From a virus (lineage: Duplodnaviria > Heunggongvirae > Uroviricota > Caudoviricetes), in IMG/VR virus record IMGVR_UViG_3300035208_004239, positions 195,611-259,610 of that record: a stretch of 64,000 bases of DNA; one strand, written 5' to 3'. Of the stretch, positions 17,201 to 26,562 are shown one piece after another (position 1 is the stretch's first letter; each line of letters opens with the position of its first letter). Position numbers and translations under genes: made by a program. A model generated the notes under the pieces. It was not told where the DNA came from. It searched no databases and saw nothing but the letters and a program-made list of their open reading frames with translations.

Positions 17201-19914
17201 CTTTTAATTCTGGTAGTGGATTTAATAATAGTATTTATTCAGTTGCAATACAATCAGACAATAAGATATTAGCTGGTGGATATTTTATCTCATATTCAGG
17301 AGTTACAGCAAATAGAATTATTCGTTTAAATTCTGACGGTAGTATTGATAATACTTTTAATTCTGGTAGTGGATTTAATCTTAATCTTATTAGTTCAATA
17401 GTAATACAATCAGACAATAAAATATTGGTTGGGGGTGGTTTTACCACATATTCAGGAGTTAGTGCAAATTATATTATTCGATTAAACACTGATGGTAGTA
17501 TTGATAATACTTTTAATTCTGGTAGTGGATTTGATAATGATATTTATTCAGTTGCAATACAATCAGACAATAAAATTTTAATTGGTGGTAACTTTACCAC
17601 ATATTCAGGAGTTAGTGCAAATCATTTTATTCGATTAAACACTGACGGTAGTATTGATAATACTTTTAATACTGGTAGTGGATTTAATTTTAATGTTAAT
17701 TCAATAACAATACGATCAGACAATAAGATATTAGCTGGTGGATATTTTACCACATATTCAGGTGTTAGTGCAAATCATTTTATTCGATTAAATTCTGACG
17801 GTAGTATTGATACTCAACAATATAATTATAGTTTTGAATTTAATAATGATACATTATCAGTTCCAAACTTAATCACTTCTGGATTTACTTTATCTAATGG
17901 TAGTCAAGGAGATGGATATTTATTAGGATCAGATATTAATGGAAATGCTTCATGGATAAGTATTTCAGGATTAACTGGTACTACAATAAATGCAACGAAT
18001 GGATTGTCAATTGTTGGAAATGATGTTGTTTTAGGTGGTACATTAACTGATGAAACAATAATTGATGTAGTATCATATGGTTTTAATTTAAGTGATGATA
18101 TTGGTAATAATTATTTTGGTCATTATTCTGGATGGACAGGAATATTTCATTATGATGGTATTAATTCTTCTGGTTTTGATAGTTATGCTTGTGGTTGTAT
18201 TCAGATAGCAAATGAATTTAATAATTATATTAATATTATTACAATGGGTGGTGATTTTAATAAAGGTATTTGTCTTTATTCATATTTTTCAGGTTGTCTT
18301 GATACTTATATAAATATTTTATCTGGTAGTACATTATTTGGTAGTGGTATCCCAACATATGTTGGTGCACAATATGATAATGATTATTCATCTAATTTTG
18401 TTGATAGATCATTAATAGATAAAGGATATTTAATATCACAAATTTCAGGATTAACTATTAATGCAACAAATGGATTGACATTAATTGATAGTAATGTTGT
18501 TTTAGGTGGTACTTTAACTGATGTAACTACTATTGATACTGCAACAAATAATTTTATTATTTCTGGTGATACCAATATGATTATTGATATTAATGGAAGT
18601 GAAATTAGTATTGGTGATTATAATGGTGATGGAAATCATAACATTTATATTGATTCAACAATAGCTGGAATGTATCAAGATGATGGTGCTGATAGTGGTG
18701 GTGTTGAGGTTACTTTTGGTTGTTCAGTTATTTCTACAACAAAAAATAATGCAACATATAGCGTCAATTTAGGAGGTCTTAATGAAATAGCAAGAATAAG
18801 TGCTACATCTGGAAGTACTCAAAGTGCTTTATGTATAAAGTATAATGAGATGATATTTAGTACAATAAGTCCTATTAATTTTCAAGGTGTTAAATATGAT
18901 AATGATTATTCATCTAATTTTGTTGCACGTAGTATTCCTGATGTAGCATGGGTAACTGGATTAACAATAACAGCAAATAATGGTTTAACTAAAATTGGTC
19001 AAAATGTAGTTCTTGGTGGTACATTAACTGGTGATACAACTATTAATACTAACGATAATACTTTTTCGATTTTTGATTCAAATTCATTTGGTGCTGTTTT
19101 TACACCAAATAGTGTTATATTGGGTGATTATAATGATGAATATCATGCAATTTATATGCTAAATACTCATATTGATTTATATTCACAAGATATTTCAACT
19201 GGTGATTGTTCATCTGAAGTTGCAATTTGTGAAGATAGTTTATTTTTTGGGTCATCAATATTATCATGTATTAATAATAATGGTTGTTTTAATTGTAGTG
19301 GTATATTATTTAATAGTAATAATTATAATACAGATTCTTCTTCATTATATTTAAATAATAATGGAGTTATTTGTTTACAAGGTTCATCCACATCACATTT
19401 TATTTGTATGGATAGTACAAATGATACGATTGAATTAACTACATTTAACGGTGGAAATATTTATTTAAGTGGTGATAGTGTTTCATTTAATGGAACATTG
19501 AAAATTTTATTATATCCCGTAAATGGTACATTAAATGATTCAGTACTTACTTGGAATGCAACAGATTTTCAGATTAAAAAAATAGATTTAAATAATATAA
19601 TATTTAAAAATAATATATATTTATATAGTTCTATAACAACATCTGTCTTATTAACAACTGGTGATTCATATATAATTTTAGTGAATCCATCAACATCAAT
19701 AACAATTACATTACCTTCAACACCATTAGATGGACAAGCATATAAAATAAAGGATATTAGTGGAACGGCATTAACAAATATAATAACAATTGATGCAAAT
19801 GGTAGTACTATAGATGGATCATCAACAGTGGCAATTAATACAAATTATGGTACAATTGAATTATTTTATACTAATAGTGTTGGAGCTTGGTCAATATTAT
19901 CGTTTTTGTATTAA
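14242..19914 (+). CDS. large tail fibre/adhesin with two blocks of seven delta-60 (DUF5122-like) beta-propeller repeats
   Basis: 14 repeats of SIAIQSDNKILIGG.FT.YSGV.AN.IIRLNTDGSIDNTFNSGSGF; five (A/T)NGL....VVLGGTLT spacer modules; C-terminal ITLPS.P.DG..Y.IKD tail-fibre-like motif. Confidence 0.8.
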   Translation: MAINLSDNIKINAPKPIESKYLNVTIPYTSISEVNSCIPIGERHIGLVVNINNSNYWYGTGVTDGSLVSINNDIIINEDQVTNLPEDLISLQDQIYNLNAVQTTTIYYFENTPSDIPTYEGLVTLPQTISGVSESVSINGSTSVFDAYATPLGIPNVNEIPAGLWIFHTHAQFSSTTGLNYIHWDAYKRTSGGTETLLFRASTSDINTTALVEYQVEMIYSAITMNYSDRLVVRILAETTGGGKTATVYYSGVDNFGFIQPPLTTNVSPQWNSIVNKPLWLTGQTLSAFENDHSHSQYELLSNFNTYTGNTENRLENIENDILIISGLTGNLITGATNGLSIVDSNVVLGGTLTGDTTIDLNNKLLDFTNQTIPFIIGNLFNDSVTSIAIQNDNKILVSGVFTTYSGVTANRIIRLNTDGSIDNTFNSGSGFDNNVNLITIQSDNKILIGGDFTSYSGVTANRIIRLNTDGIIDNTFNTGSGFDNDVRSIAIQDDNKILVGGLNFVTYSGVTANRIIRLNTDGSIDNTFNSGSGFNNGVLSIAIQDDNKILIGGYFTSYSGVTANTIIRLNTDGSIDNTFNSGSGFDDGVRSIAIQDDNKILVVGLSFTTYSGVTANRIIRLNSDASIDNTFNSGSGFNYSVNSIAIQSDNKILVGGSFTTYSGVTANSIIRLNTDGSVDDTFNSGSGFNNPIYFMTIQSDNKILIGGYFTSYSGVSANYFIRLNTDGSIDTQQYNYTFEFNNNTLSVPNLITSGFTLSNGSQGDGYVLESNNYGNASWVSISGLISGLTGTTINATNGLSLIDSNVVLGGTLTGDTYIDLNNDFFKFIDQMIPFNFGGGFDGKVSSIIIQSDNKILIGGYFTSYSGVSANRIIRLYSDGIIDNTFNTGSGFDNDIYSVAIQSDNKILVGGGFTTYSGVSANYIIRLNTDGSIDNTFNSGSGFNLNVNSIAIQSDNKILIGGNFTTYSGVSANHFIRLNTDGSIDNTFNSGSGFNNSIYSVAIQSDNKILAGGYFISYSGVTANRIIRLNSDGSIDNTFNSGSGFNLNLISSIVIQSDNKILVGGGFTTYSGVSANYIIRLNTDGSIDNTFNSGSGFDNDIYSVAIQSDNKILIGGNFTTYSGVSANHFIRLNTDGSIDNTFNTGSGFNFNVNSITIRSDNKILAGGYFTTYSGVSANHFIRLNSDGSIDTQQYNYSFEFNNDTLSVPNLITSGFTLSNGSQGDGYLLGSDINGNASWISISGLTGTTINATNGLSIVGNDVVLGGTLTDETIIDVVSYGFNLSDDIGNNYFGHYSGWTGIFHYDGINSSGFDSYACGCIQIANEFNNYINIITMGGDFNKGICLYSYFSGCLDTYINILSGSTLFGSGIPTYVGAQYDNDYSSNFVDRSLIDKGYLISQISGLTINATNGLTLIDSNVVLGGTLTDVTTIDTATNNFIISGDTNMIIDINGSEISIGDYNGDGNHNIYIDSTIAGMYQDDGADSGGVEVTFGCSVISTTKNNATYSVNLGGLNEIARISATSGSTQSALCIKYNEMIFSTISPINFQGVKYDNDYSSNFVARSIPDVAWVTGLTITANNGLTKIGQNVVLGGTLTGDTTINTNDNTFSIFDSNSFGAVFTPNSVILGDYNDEYHAIYMLNTHIDLYSQDISTGDCSSEVAICEDSLFFGSSILSCINNNGCFNCSGILFNSNNYNTDSSSLYLNNNGVICLQGSSTSHFICMDSTNDTIELTTFNGGNIYLSGDSVSFNGTLKILLYPVNGTLNDSVLTWNATDFQIKKIDLNNIIFKNNIYLYSSITTSVLLTTGDSYIILVNPSTSITITLPSTPLDGQAYKIKDISGTALTNIITIDANGSTIDGSSTVAINTNYGTIELFYTNSVGAWSILSFLY
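15379..17817 (+). repeat. intragenic ~153-156-bp tandem repeats in two blocks (15379-16440, 16759-17817)
   Basis: Near-identical nucleotide units encoding the delta-60 blades. Confidence 0.9.
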
Positions 19915-20000
19915 ATTTAAAGTCTTTTTAAGATTAATTAGTATTTATAATAAATTATAAAAATTTATCTTTTATTATAAATAAAAACTATTTAATTAAT

Positions 20001-20909
20001 ATGAATGATGATAAAATAAATGAAAATGATAAATATATTATTTTTCATTGTGAAGGTGGGCATGGAAAACAAGTGATGGCTACGGCAGTTTGCCGTGCAA
20101 TAAAAAAAGAATATCCTGATCGAAAATTAATTGTTGTGACCTCTTGGGACGGACCTTTCTTTTATAATCCGGATGTTTGGCGTTTTTATACTTTTGGACA
20201 AATGCAATATTTTTTTACTGATTTTATTAAATTAGATACAAAAATATTTAGACAAGAAGTATATCATACTGAAGATCATATTTTACAAAGAAAACATTTA
20301 ACACAATCTTGGTGTGATATGTATAATATTCCATATGATGGATATAAACCAATAATTCATTTAAATCCAAGGGAGATTGAAATAGCAAAAGATAAAATAA
20401 AACCAGATAATAGACCAATTATGCTATTACAAACACATGGTGGATCACCACAGGGTCAATATTCTAAGAAATCTTGGTTTAGGGATATACCAATTGAAAT
20501 TGCTCAAAAACTTGTAAATTATTTTAATAAATCATATCGTATTTTACATATAAAATCACCAGAACAACCCACATTACAAGGTGTTGAAATGTTAAATTTA
20601 CCATATCGAGAATTATATGCAGTATTTCCATTAAGTACAAAAAGATTATTTATTGATAGTTTTGCTCAACATGTAGCTGCTGCGTTGGATTTGCAAAGTA
20701 CAGTTGTTTGGATTGGAAATAAACCTGAAGTATTTGGATATCCTGAACATATTAATGTATTACCAAACGCAAATTATATAAGAGAATTAAATAAATTTAG
20801 TTATTTAGAACAATTCGATATTTCTGGACAAATTCAACAATTTCCTTTTGATACAATTAATTTATTTGATATTAATAAAATTATTGAAGCAATAAATAAA
20901 CAAAAATAG
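20001..20909 (+). CDS. GT-B glycosyltransferase, GT9 (heptosyltransferase)-like
   Basis: GGHGKQVMATAV...IKKEYPDRKL and LFIDSFAQHVAAALD...VVW motifs. Confidence 0.65.
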   Translation: MNDDKINENDKYIIFHCEGGHGKQVMATAVCRAIKKEYPDRKLIVVTSWDGPFFYNPDVWRFYTFGQMQYFFTDFIKLDTKIFRQEVYHTEDHILQRKHLTQSWCDMYNIPYDGYKPIIHLNPREIEIAKDKIKPDNRPIMLLQTHGGSPQGQYSKKSWFRDIPIEIAQKLVNYFNKSYRILHIKSPEQPTLQGVEMLNLPYRELYAVFPLSTKRLFIDSFAQHVAAALDLQSTVVWIGNKPEVFGYPEHINVLPNANYIRELNKFSYLEQFDISGQIQQFPFDTINLFDINKIIEAINKQK

Positions 20910-20929
20910 TATTTATAATAAAAATATAT

Positions 20930-21640
20930 ATGTCATTTACAACAAAATTAAATTTAAATAACGAAAATTTTTTTCAAGAAAGTGGTGAAACTTTAACATT
21001 ATCTGGAAATACATATGTTGGTTTAATAAAATATTTAAATGATATTAGTGCAGCTTTTGATGAATTTTCAATACCTAATGTTGGATATTTAACCGGAATA
21101 ACAAACACTAAATTGAATATAAATAATTTTATTACTTATACTGGTACTACTGCTCCTAATACTTTTGTAAATAAATCATCTTTAAATACTTATACTGGTA
21201 CTACTGCTCCTAATACTTTTGTAAATAAATCATCTTTAAATACTTATACTGGTGAAACAAATTCAATGTTAATTATTCCAACATTTTCTGCATCTGGAAA
21301 TGGTTTTGATAGAACAATAACAGTTACTTTTAAAAAGAAAAATGGTTCAATATTGGATGTTCAAAGAGTAACAGCATTTTGGTGGACAAGTACATCATCT
21401 TATGGTAATCCGGAATTTATTGTTGGTGATAACCCATATACACCGTCAATAACTGCTGGTTATGCGTTTAATAGTGCAACTTTAAGTGCTTTAAATACTG
21501 TTTATACTGATAGTACAGCTAAATTTAGTGTTAGAATATTAACAATAAGTAGTGATACCTTACAAAATTTTTATTTAAATGTGTCAACACAAGGACAAGT
21601 ATATTCATATGTTTCCACAATCTATCAATATAATATTTAA
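20930..21640 (+). CDS. putative virion protein
   Basis: N-terminus (FQ...TLTLSGNT) resembles ORF 10653; contains an internal tandem duplication. Confidence 0.5.
   Translation: MSFTTKLNLNNENFFQESGETLTLSGNTYVGLIKYLNDISAAFDEFSIPNVGYLTGITNTKLNINNFITYTGTTAPNTFVNKSSLNTYTGTTAPNTFVNKSSLNTYTGETNSMLIIPTFSASGNGFDRTITVTFKKKNGSILDVQRVTAFWWTSTSSYGNPEFIVGDNPYTPSITAGYAFNSATLSALNTVYTDSTAKFSVRILTISSDTLQNFYLNVSTQGQVYSYVSTIYQYNI
21133..21253 (+). repeat. perfect 54-bp in-frame tandem duplication (2.2 copies)
   Basis: tacttatactggtactactgctcctaatacttttgtaaataaatcatctttaaa x2, then tacttatactggt. Confidence 0.95.
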
Positions 21641-21667
21641 TTAATAAATCAAAATTTTATAGTATTT

Positions 21668-22075
21668 ATGTTAAAAGATATAATAAAAATGGGTGAAATT
21701 TTTAAAGTAATTTTTGGAAACTACACTTGGTTACAACTATTTGGATATCTATGGTTTTTTCTTATTGGATATTGTATTTATTTTCTTACGGAAGTGATAA
21801 ATAGAGATGTTCAAAATATAAGTACTCCAAAAAAATGGAATTGGAAATTTTGGTTTCAAGATAATTGGCGTAGATATTTAATTACAATATTATGTACCTA
21901 TGTTTTATTTAGATTTTCAAACGAAATAAATGGTCGACTTTTTAGTTATTTTGATGCTGTTACTCTTGGTTTAATTGGTGATGGTATTGCGGTAGCAGTA
22001 AAAAAGAGAATTAATATAATTAGTGGTAATCGTGAAAAATTAATGGAAAGTTATAATGACGGAGAAAAGGGATAA
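21668..22075 (+). CDS. small membrane protein, possible holin
   Basis: Two to three hydrophobic segments and a charged C-terminus. Confidence 0.4.
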   Translation: MLKDIIKMGEIFKVIFGNYTWLQLFGYLWFFLIGYCIYFLTEVINRDVQNISTPKKWNWKFWFQDNWRRYLITILCTYVLFRFSNEINGRLFSYFDAVTLGLIGDGIAVAVKKRINIISGNREKLMESYNDGEKG

Positions 22076-22077
22076 TT

Positions 22078-22497
22078 ATGGACTATTCAACATTTAATTT
22101 AAATAATTTTTATATAAAAAAAAATAGTAGTTCTCCTGAACTAAAATTCCCATTAACACAACATATTAGAGAAAAATATGATATTAGTGATAATATGTTG
22201 GAAAATGTAGGGATTACTTTTTCTATGATTGATGCTGATACTGGTTTATATCGTATTGCTAATGTACCCGCAAGTCTTGTGATTAATAATAATAGACCTG
22301 AATATCCTGATGAAACAAAATATACACTCGTATATAAATTCAAATTAAATGACACAAAAAAAGTAGGAAGATTTCTTGGTGAATTTGTGGTAGATTTTTT
22401 AAATTTAGAAGCGGGATGCGGTAAGATAAATTTACCAGTAAATGGTTATATTAATATTATAATATCTGATTCATTAACTAAAACTACTGTCATTTAA
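22078..22497 (+). CDS. hypothetical protein, possibly a BppU-like baseplate domain
   Basis: FYIKKN...P.L...ITFSM...Y.F...DT...G.F.GEF pattern. Confidence 0.4.
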   Translation: MDYSTFNLNNFYIKKNSSSPELKFPLTQHIREKYDISDNMLENVGITFSMIDADTGLYRIANVPASLVINNNRPEYPDETKYTLVYKFKLNDTKKVGRFLGEFVVDFLNLEAGCGKINLPVNGYINIIISDSLTKTTVI

Positions 22498-22637
22498 CCA
22501 ATTCCATGTAAGTTTTTTTATTATTTTAAAATAAATACTTTAAATTAGATTTTCTAAAGAATTTATTGTGGTAAATATAAACAAAACCACAGTATATTAA
22601 AATTTTTTATTAATTTCGAATAAAATCATTTAGTTTT

Positions 22638-22985
22638 ATGAAAATTATTATTGCCGGAAGTAGAAGTTTTAATGATTATAAAAAACTTTGTTCTGTGTGT
22701 GATTATATGTTACAAAATCAGAATGGAATCGAGATTGTTAGTGGAGTTGCTTTTGGTGCTGATAAACTTGGTGAATTATATGCAAAAGAACATGGATATC
22801 AAATAACACAATTTTTTGCTGAATGGGATAAATTTGGAAAATCTGCTGGTTATAAACGCAATGAAGAAATGGCAAAATATGCAGATGCTCTTATTGTGTT
22901 TTGGAATGGACAGTCTAAAGGTACTGAACATATGATTAATTTAGGAAAACAATACGGCTTAAAAATTAAAATCCATCGTTTTTAA
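22638..22985 (+). CDS. SLOG superfamily (YspA/DUF2493-like) protein
   Basis: IIIAGSR.F.DY, IVSG.A.GAD.LGE.YA, AG..RN.EMA...DALI.FW...SKGT..MI. Confidence 0.8.
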   Translation: MKIIIAGSRSFNDYKKLCSVCDYMLQNQNGIEIVSGVAFGADKLGELYAKEHGYQITQFFAEWDKFGKSAGYKRNEEMAKYADALIVFWNGQSKGTEHMINLGKQYGLKIKIHRF

Positions 22986-22991
22986 AATTGA

Positions 22992-23022
22992 TTGACAATT
23001 TAAAATTTTTAACATATCTTTG
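22992..23022 (+). promoter_or_regulatory. Bacteroidota-type promoter (TTGAC...TATCTTTG)
   Basis: TAnnTTTG at 23015-23022; implies the next ORF starts at a downstream ATG. Confidence 0.55.
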
Positions 23023-23370
23023 TTTTTACTTATGAATGGTAACTACAACAGCAAGAAAATGGTCAAGCAACAGGAAAATGGTCAAGCATTAGTTTTATTG
23101 AAAAAAATCAATAAATTAAAAACACAAAAACAACAAATCGAAGTTGAAATTCAGTTAACTCCTTTATATTTAAAAAAGGATAAAATCAGTAAAGAAATTG
23201 AGAAATGTGTGGAAGAACTTCCTAAAATTTGCACACATAACAAAACAGATGTAATTGATACTTACGAGTCAGGAAGTTATTACAATACAGAAAAATATAT
23301 TCATACAACTGTTTGTACTATTTGTGGTGAAAATTTGCATCAAGATATAACACATGGTGGATATGGATGA
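23020..23370 (+). CDS. hypothetical protein with a C-terminal Zn-ribbon-like motif (start probably 23032 or 23059)
   Basis: Coiled coil followed by CTH...CTICG. Confidence 0.55.
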   Translation: MFLLMNGNYNSKKMVKQQENGQALVLLKKINKLKTQKQQIEVEIQLTPLYLKKDKISKEIEKCVEELPKICTHNKTDVIDTYESGSYYNTEKYIHTTVCTICGENLHQDITHGGYG

Positions 23371-26206
23371 AAAACAAAAATTGGTATCACAAGTGCCAGT
23401 TTTTATTGTTCATTGTGAAAGAATTTCTAAAAGACAGGCATATTATTTACGATTTCCAATAAATGACCAACTAATTACTCGTATAAAGAATCTTCCAAAT
23501 GATACTCGTAAATGGAATCCAGATGTAATAGCATGGGAAATTACAACATCCTCACTATATGCATTAATTAAAAACTATAGAAATTCTAATAAAATTCATT
23601 TTGATTTTGGTAATGATGATAGTAGAAAGATTTTCATTAAACAAATTAAAAAAATTGAAATTAATGAAATTGAAAAACGTAAATTTATTGCCGATCTTAA
23701 CATAAAAAAAGAACAGTGGGTTAAATATAAACAAGACCTTGAAAAAGAATATGTTCAATATTCTGAACAATGCCATAAGTTATTAAAAGAAGGTGTTAAA
23801 TTATATCCACATCAAATTGTGGCAGCAATGTTTATGAATGTTACTCGTAACACGTTGATTTCCCACGAAATGGGACTTGGAAAATGTCAACCATTATATT
23901 CTAAAATACTTACTCCAAATGGTTGGGTTCAAATGGGTGAGATAAATGTTGGAAATTATGTTATTGGAAGTGATGGTAAGCCAAAAAGAGTATTAGGAAT
24001 ATTTCCACAAGGTGTAAAAGATATTTATGAAATTTGCTTTAATGATGGTACGTCAACAAGATGTTGTGATGAACATTTATGGAATGTAAATACATATATT
24101 CGTAATTGGAGAAAAAATCCATTTCAAACTAAATCATTACGGGAAATAATGAATGAAGGATTAATATTTAAAAATGGTAATCATAAACATTATATTCCAA
24201 TTGTTAAACCAATTATGTTTGAAAAACAAGAGTTAAAAATTGACCCATATGTTTTGGGTTATTTGTTGGGTAATGGTAGTCTTACAAGTAAATATCAAAT
24301 AGGATATTTTTCTATTGATAAAGAAATGATTGATGAAATAACTACAAGACTACCAATTAAACATAATATGGTAATTAGTGGAAAATCGTTGAAAGATTAT
24401 TATTTAACTGCAGATGATAAGAATAATTATATTAATCAAGCATTACGAGAATATAAATTAAAAGAAAATAATTCACACACTAAATTTATACCACACGATT
24501 ATAAAATTTCTTCAATTGAGCAAAGATTGGAAATATTACAAGGTATTTTAGATACTGATAGTCATTCACGTAAAGATGGTATTATTGAATTAACATTGGC
24601 ATCGAAACAACTTATTGAAGACGTTCAATTTATTGTGCAATCTTTGGGTGGTATTGGAAGACTTTATGAAAAATGGATAAAATATGAAGGAACTAAAAGA
24701 TTGTATTGGAGATTACATATTAAATTACCACCAGAATTTATACCTTTTAAGTTAAAAAGAAAAATTGAAACATTTGTTGCACCAACTAAATATCTACCAA
24801 ATAGGGCAATCTCTGAAGTAAAATATATTGGAAAAGAATTGGCTCAATGTATTTTGGTGGATTCTGATGATCATTTATATGTAACCGATAATTGTATTTT
24901 AACGCACAATACTCTTTCGGCAATTCTTTACGGTGAAATGAATAATTTTCAGAAAATATTTGTTATCACACCAAATTCATTAAAATTTAATTTTTTTAAT
25001 GAAGTTGATAAATTCACTGAAAGTAAATCATATATAGTAAATTGGAGAAAAAATAAATGTAGTATTGTAGATGCTAAATATATTATCGTTAATTATGATT
25101 TTTTTAATCCCGGAAAAAAAGAAAAATTTTTAACTAAATGGAAAAAATTAGGAATAAATATTATTGATTGTGTAATTTGTGATGAAAGTCAAAAATTAAA
25201 AAATACTAAAACTAATACATATAAAAATTTTAAAAATATTTTTAATAAAAAAATATTTAGATATAAAAAAATTAGTAAAATTTTTTTATCTGGAACACCA
25301 GCACCCAATAGAGCATATGAATTATATAGTGTTTTAAATCAAATATCATCAATAGATTTTCCAACAAAAAAATATTTTTATGAATATTATTGCGGAATGA
25401 CTTATGATACTGGTGGTGGTTGGGGTTATATTACAGATACTGCAGATACTAAATTTGAAGAATTATATCATAAAATTGCGCCATATACTCATAGAAAAAG
25501 AAAATTTGAAGTATTAACTGATCTTCCAGACAAAATATACCAAAGGGTAATTCTTGAAATGGATGATAATGAAGCATCAATATATGAAGATATTGAAAAT
25601 AGTGTTGCTAATGAATTTGTAACACGTCCAACGTTGAACCCATTAACAACAATGCTTCGTTTAAGACAATATACATCACATTTAAAAATAAAAAATATTA
25701 TCGAATTAGTTGAGAATATTCTTGAAACGGGTGAAAAAGTAGTTATTGTTGATTATTTTAAAGAAGGATTAATAGCATTAAAAGAAAAATTTGGGGATGT
25801 TGCAGGATTACATACTGGTGATCAAACGATTGAAGAACGTGCAGATATTGTAAAAGAATTTCAAGACCCAAATAGTAAAATGAAAATATTTTTGGGTAGT
25901 ATACAAACTTGTAATTATGGATTAACTTTAACGGCAGCAAGTAAAATATTTATAATAACTTTACCATATTCTGTTGGTGAATATGATCAGGTGAGTGATC
26001 GTCTACATAGAATTGGACAAAAAAACGTGGTAAATATTTATCCATTAATTTTCCCGGATACTATAGATGAATATGTATATTCATCTATAGAAAGTAAAAG
26101 AAAAGAAATTGTTAAAGTCATTGATAATGAGGATTATAAATCAACTATTACTGATTCTGTACTTGGTGAAGTCATAGATAAAATAAAGAAAAAATATGGC
26201 AAGTAA
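23354..26206 (+). CDS. SNF2-family helicase containing an intein
   Basis: LYPHQ, HEMGLGK|T Walker A split by the intein, DESQ, LSGTP, GLTLT and Q..DRLHRIGQ. Confidence 0.9.
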   Translation: MVDMDEKQKLVSQVPVFIVHCERISKRQAYYLRFPINDQLITRIKNLPNDTRKWNPDVIAWEITTSSLYALIKNYRNSNKIHFDFGNDDSRKIFIKQIKKIEINEIEKRKFIADLNIKKEQWVKYKQDLEKEYVQYSEQCHKLLKEGVKLYPHQIVAAMFMNVTRNTLISHEMGLGKCQPLYSKILTPNGWVQMGEINVGNYVIGSDGKPKRVLGIFPQGVKDIYEICFNDGTSTRCCDEHLWNVNTYIRNWRKNPFQTKSLREIMNEGLIFKNGNHKHYIPIVKPIMFEKQELKIDPYVLGYLLGNGSLTSKYQIGYFSIDKEMIDEITTRLPIKHNMVISGKSLKDYYLTADDKNNYINQALREYKLKENNSHTKFIPHDYKISSIEQRLEILQGILDTDSHSRKDGIIELTLASKQLIEDVQFIVQSLGGIGRLYEKWIKYEGTKRLYWRLHIKLPPEFIPFKLKRKIETFVAPTKYLPNRAISEVKYIGKELAQCILVDSDDHLYVTDNCILTHNTLSAILYGEMNNFQKIFVITPNSLKFNFFNEVDKFTESKSYIVNWRKNKCSIVDAKYIIVNYDFFNPGKKEKFLTKWKKLGINIIDCVICDESQKLKNTKTNTYKNFKNIFNKKIFRYKKISKIFLSGTPAPNRAYELYSVLNQISSIDFPTKKYFYEYYCGMTYDTGGGWGYITDTADTKFEELYHKIAPYTHRKRKFEVLTDLPDKIYQRVILEMDDNEASIYEDIENSVANEFVTRPTLNPLTTMLRLRQYTSHLKIKNIIELVENILETGEKVVIVDYFKEGLIALKEKFGDVAGLHTGDQTIEERADIVKEFQDPNSKMKIFLGSIQTCNYGLTLTAASKIFIITLPYSVGEYDQVSDRLHRIGQKNVVNIYPLIFPDTIDEYVYSSIESKRKEIVKVIDNEDYKSTITDSVLGEVIDKIKKKYGK
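23885..24910 (+). mobile_element. intein with a LAGLIDADG endonuclease (342 aa)
   Basis: Starts CQPL, ends ILTHN before Thr; YVLGYLLGNG and LQGILDTD blocks. Confidence 0.9.
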
Positions 26207-26561
26207 ATATGTGTGGGGAATATATAATCCATTTCAAGATTTTTTATTGAAAGCAATAATGCTCGATATAAATGTGGCTGATATTAAATCAAATATTGAT
26301 ATAAATGCAGCATTTACTTTTATTTTAGAAAATTATTTGGAATATGATGAGGATATCGCATATTTAAATTATGATATTATAGAAAAAGATGGTTATTTTA
26401 AAGTTATTGGAAATAATTCAATAACAGCATTTTGGTTATCTGGTATAATTCCAGATGATACCGCAACAATATTAAAATATAATACATTAACTATTGGTAA
26501 TAGAAAATATGTGTATGATAATAAAAAAAAACGATTAACTTATACAATTTTAAAAAATTAA
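26196..26561 (+). CDS. hypothetical protein
   Basis: 121-aa ORF packed between the helicase and the polymerase. Confidence 0.65.
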   Translation: MASKYVWGIYNPFQDFLLKAIMLDINVADIKSNIDINAAFTFILENYLEYDEDIAYLNYDIIEKDGYFKVIGNNSITAFWLSGIIPDDTATILKYNTLTIGNRKYVYDNKKKRLTYTILKN

Positions 26562-26562
26562 T

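Noticed and set aside
15379..17817. Diversity-generating retroelement TR/VR pair
   Set aside because: No reverse transcriptase in the window; the repeats are all coding, tandem, and do not differ specifically at adenines
15123..18575. Reverse-strand ORFs with repeated sequences
   Set aside because: They are antisense shadows of the delta-60 repeats in ORF 14242
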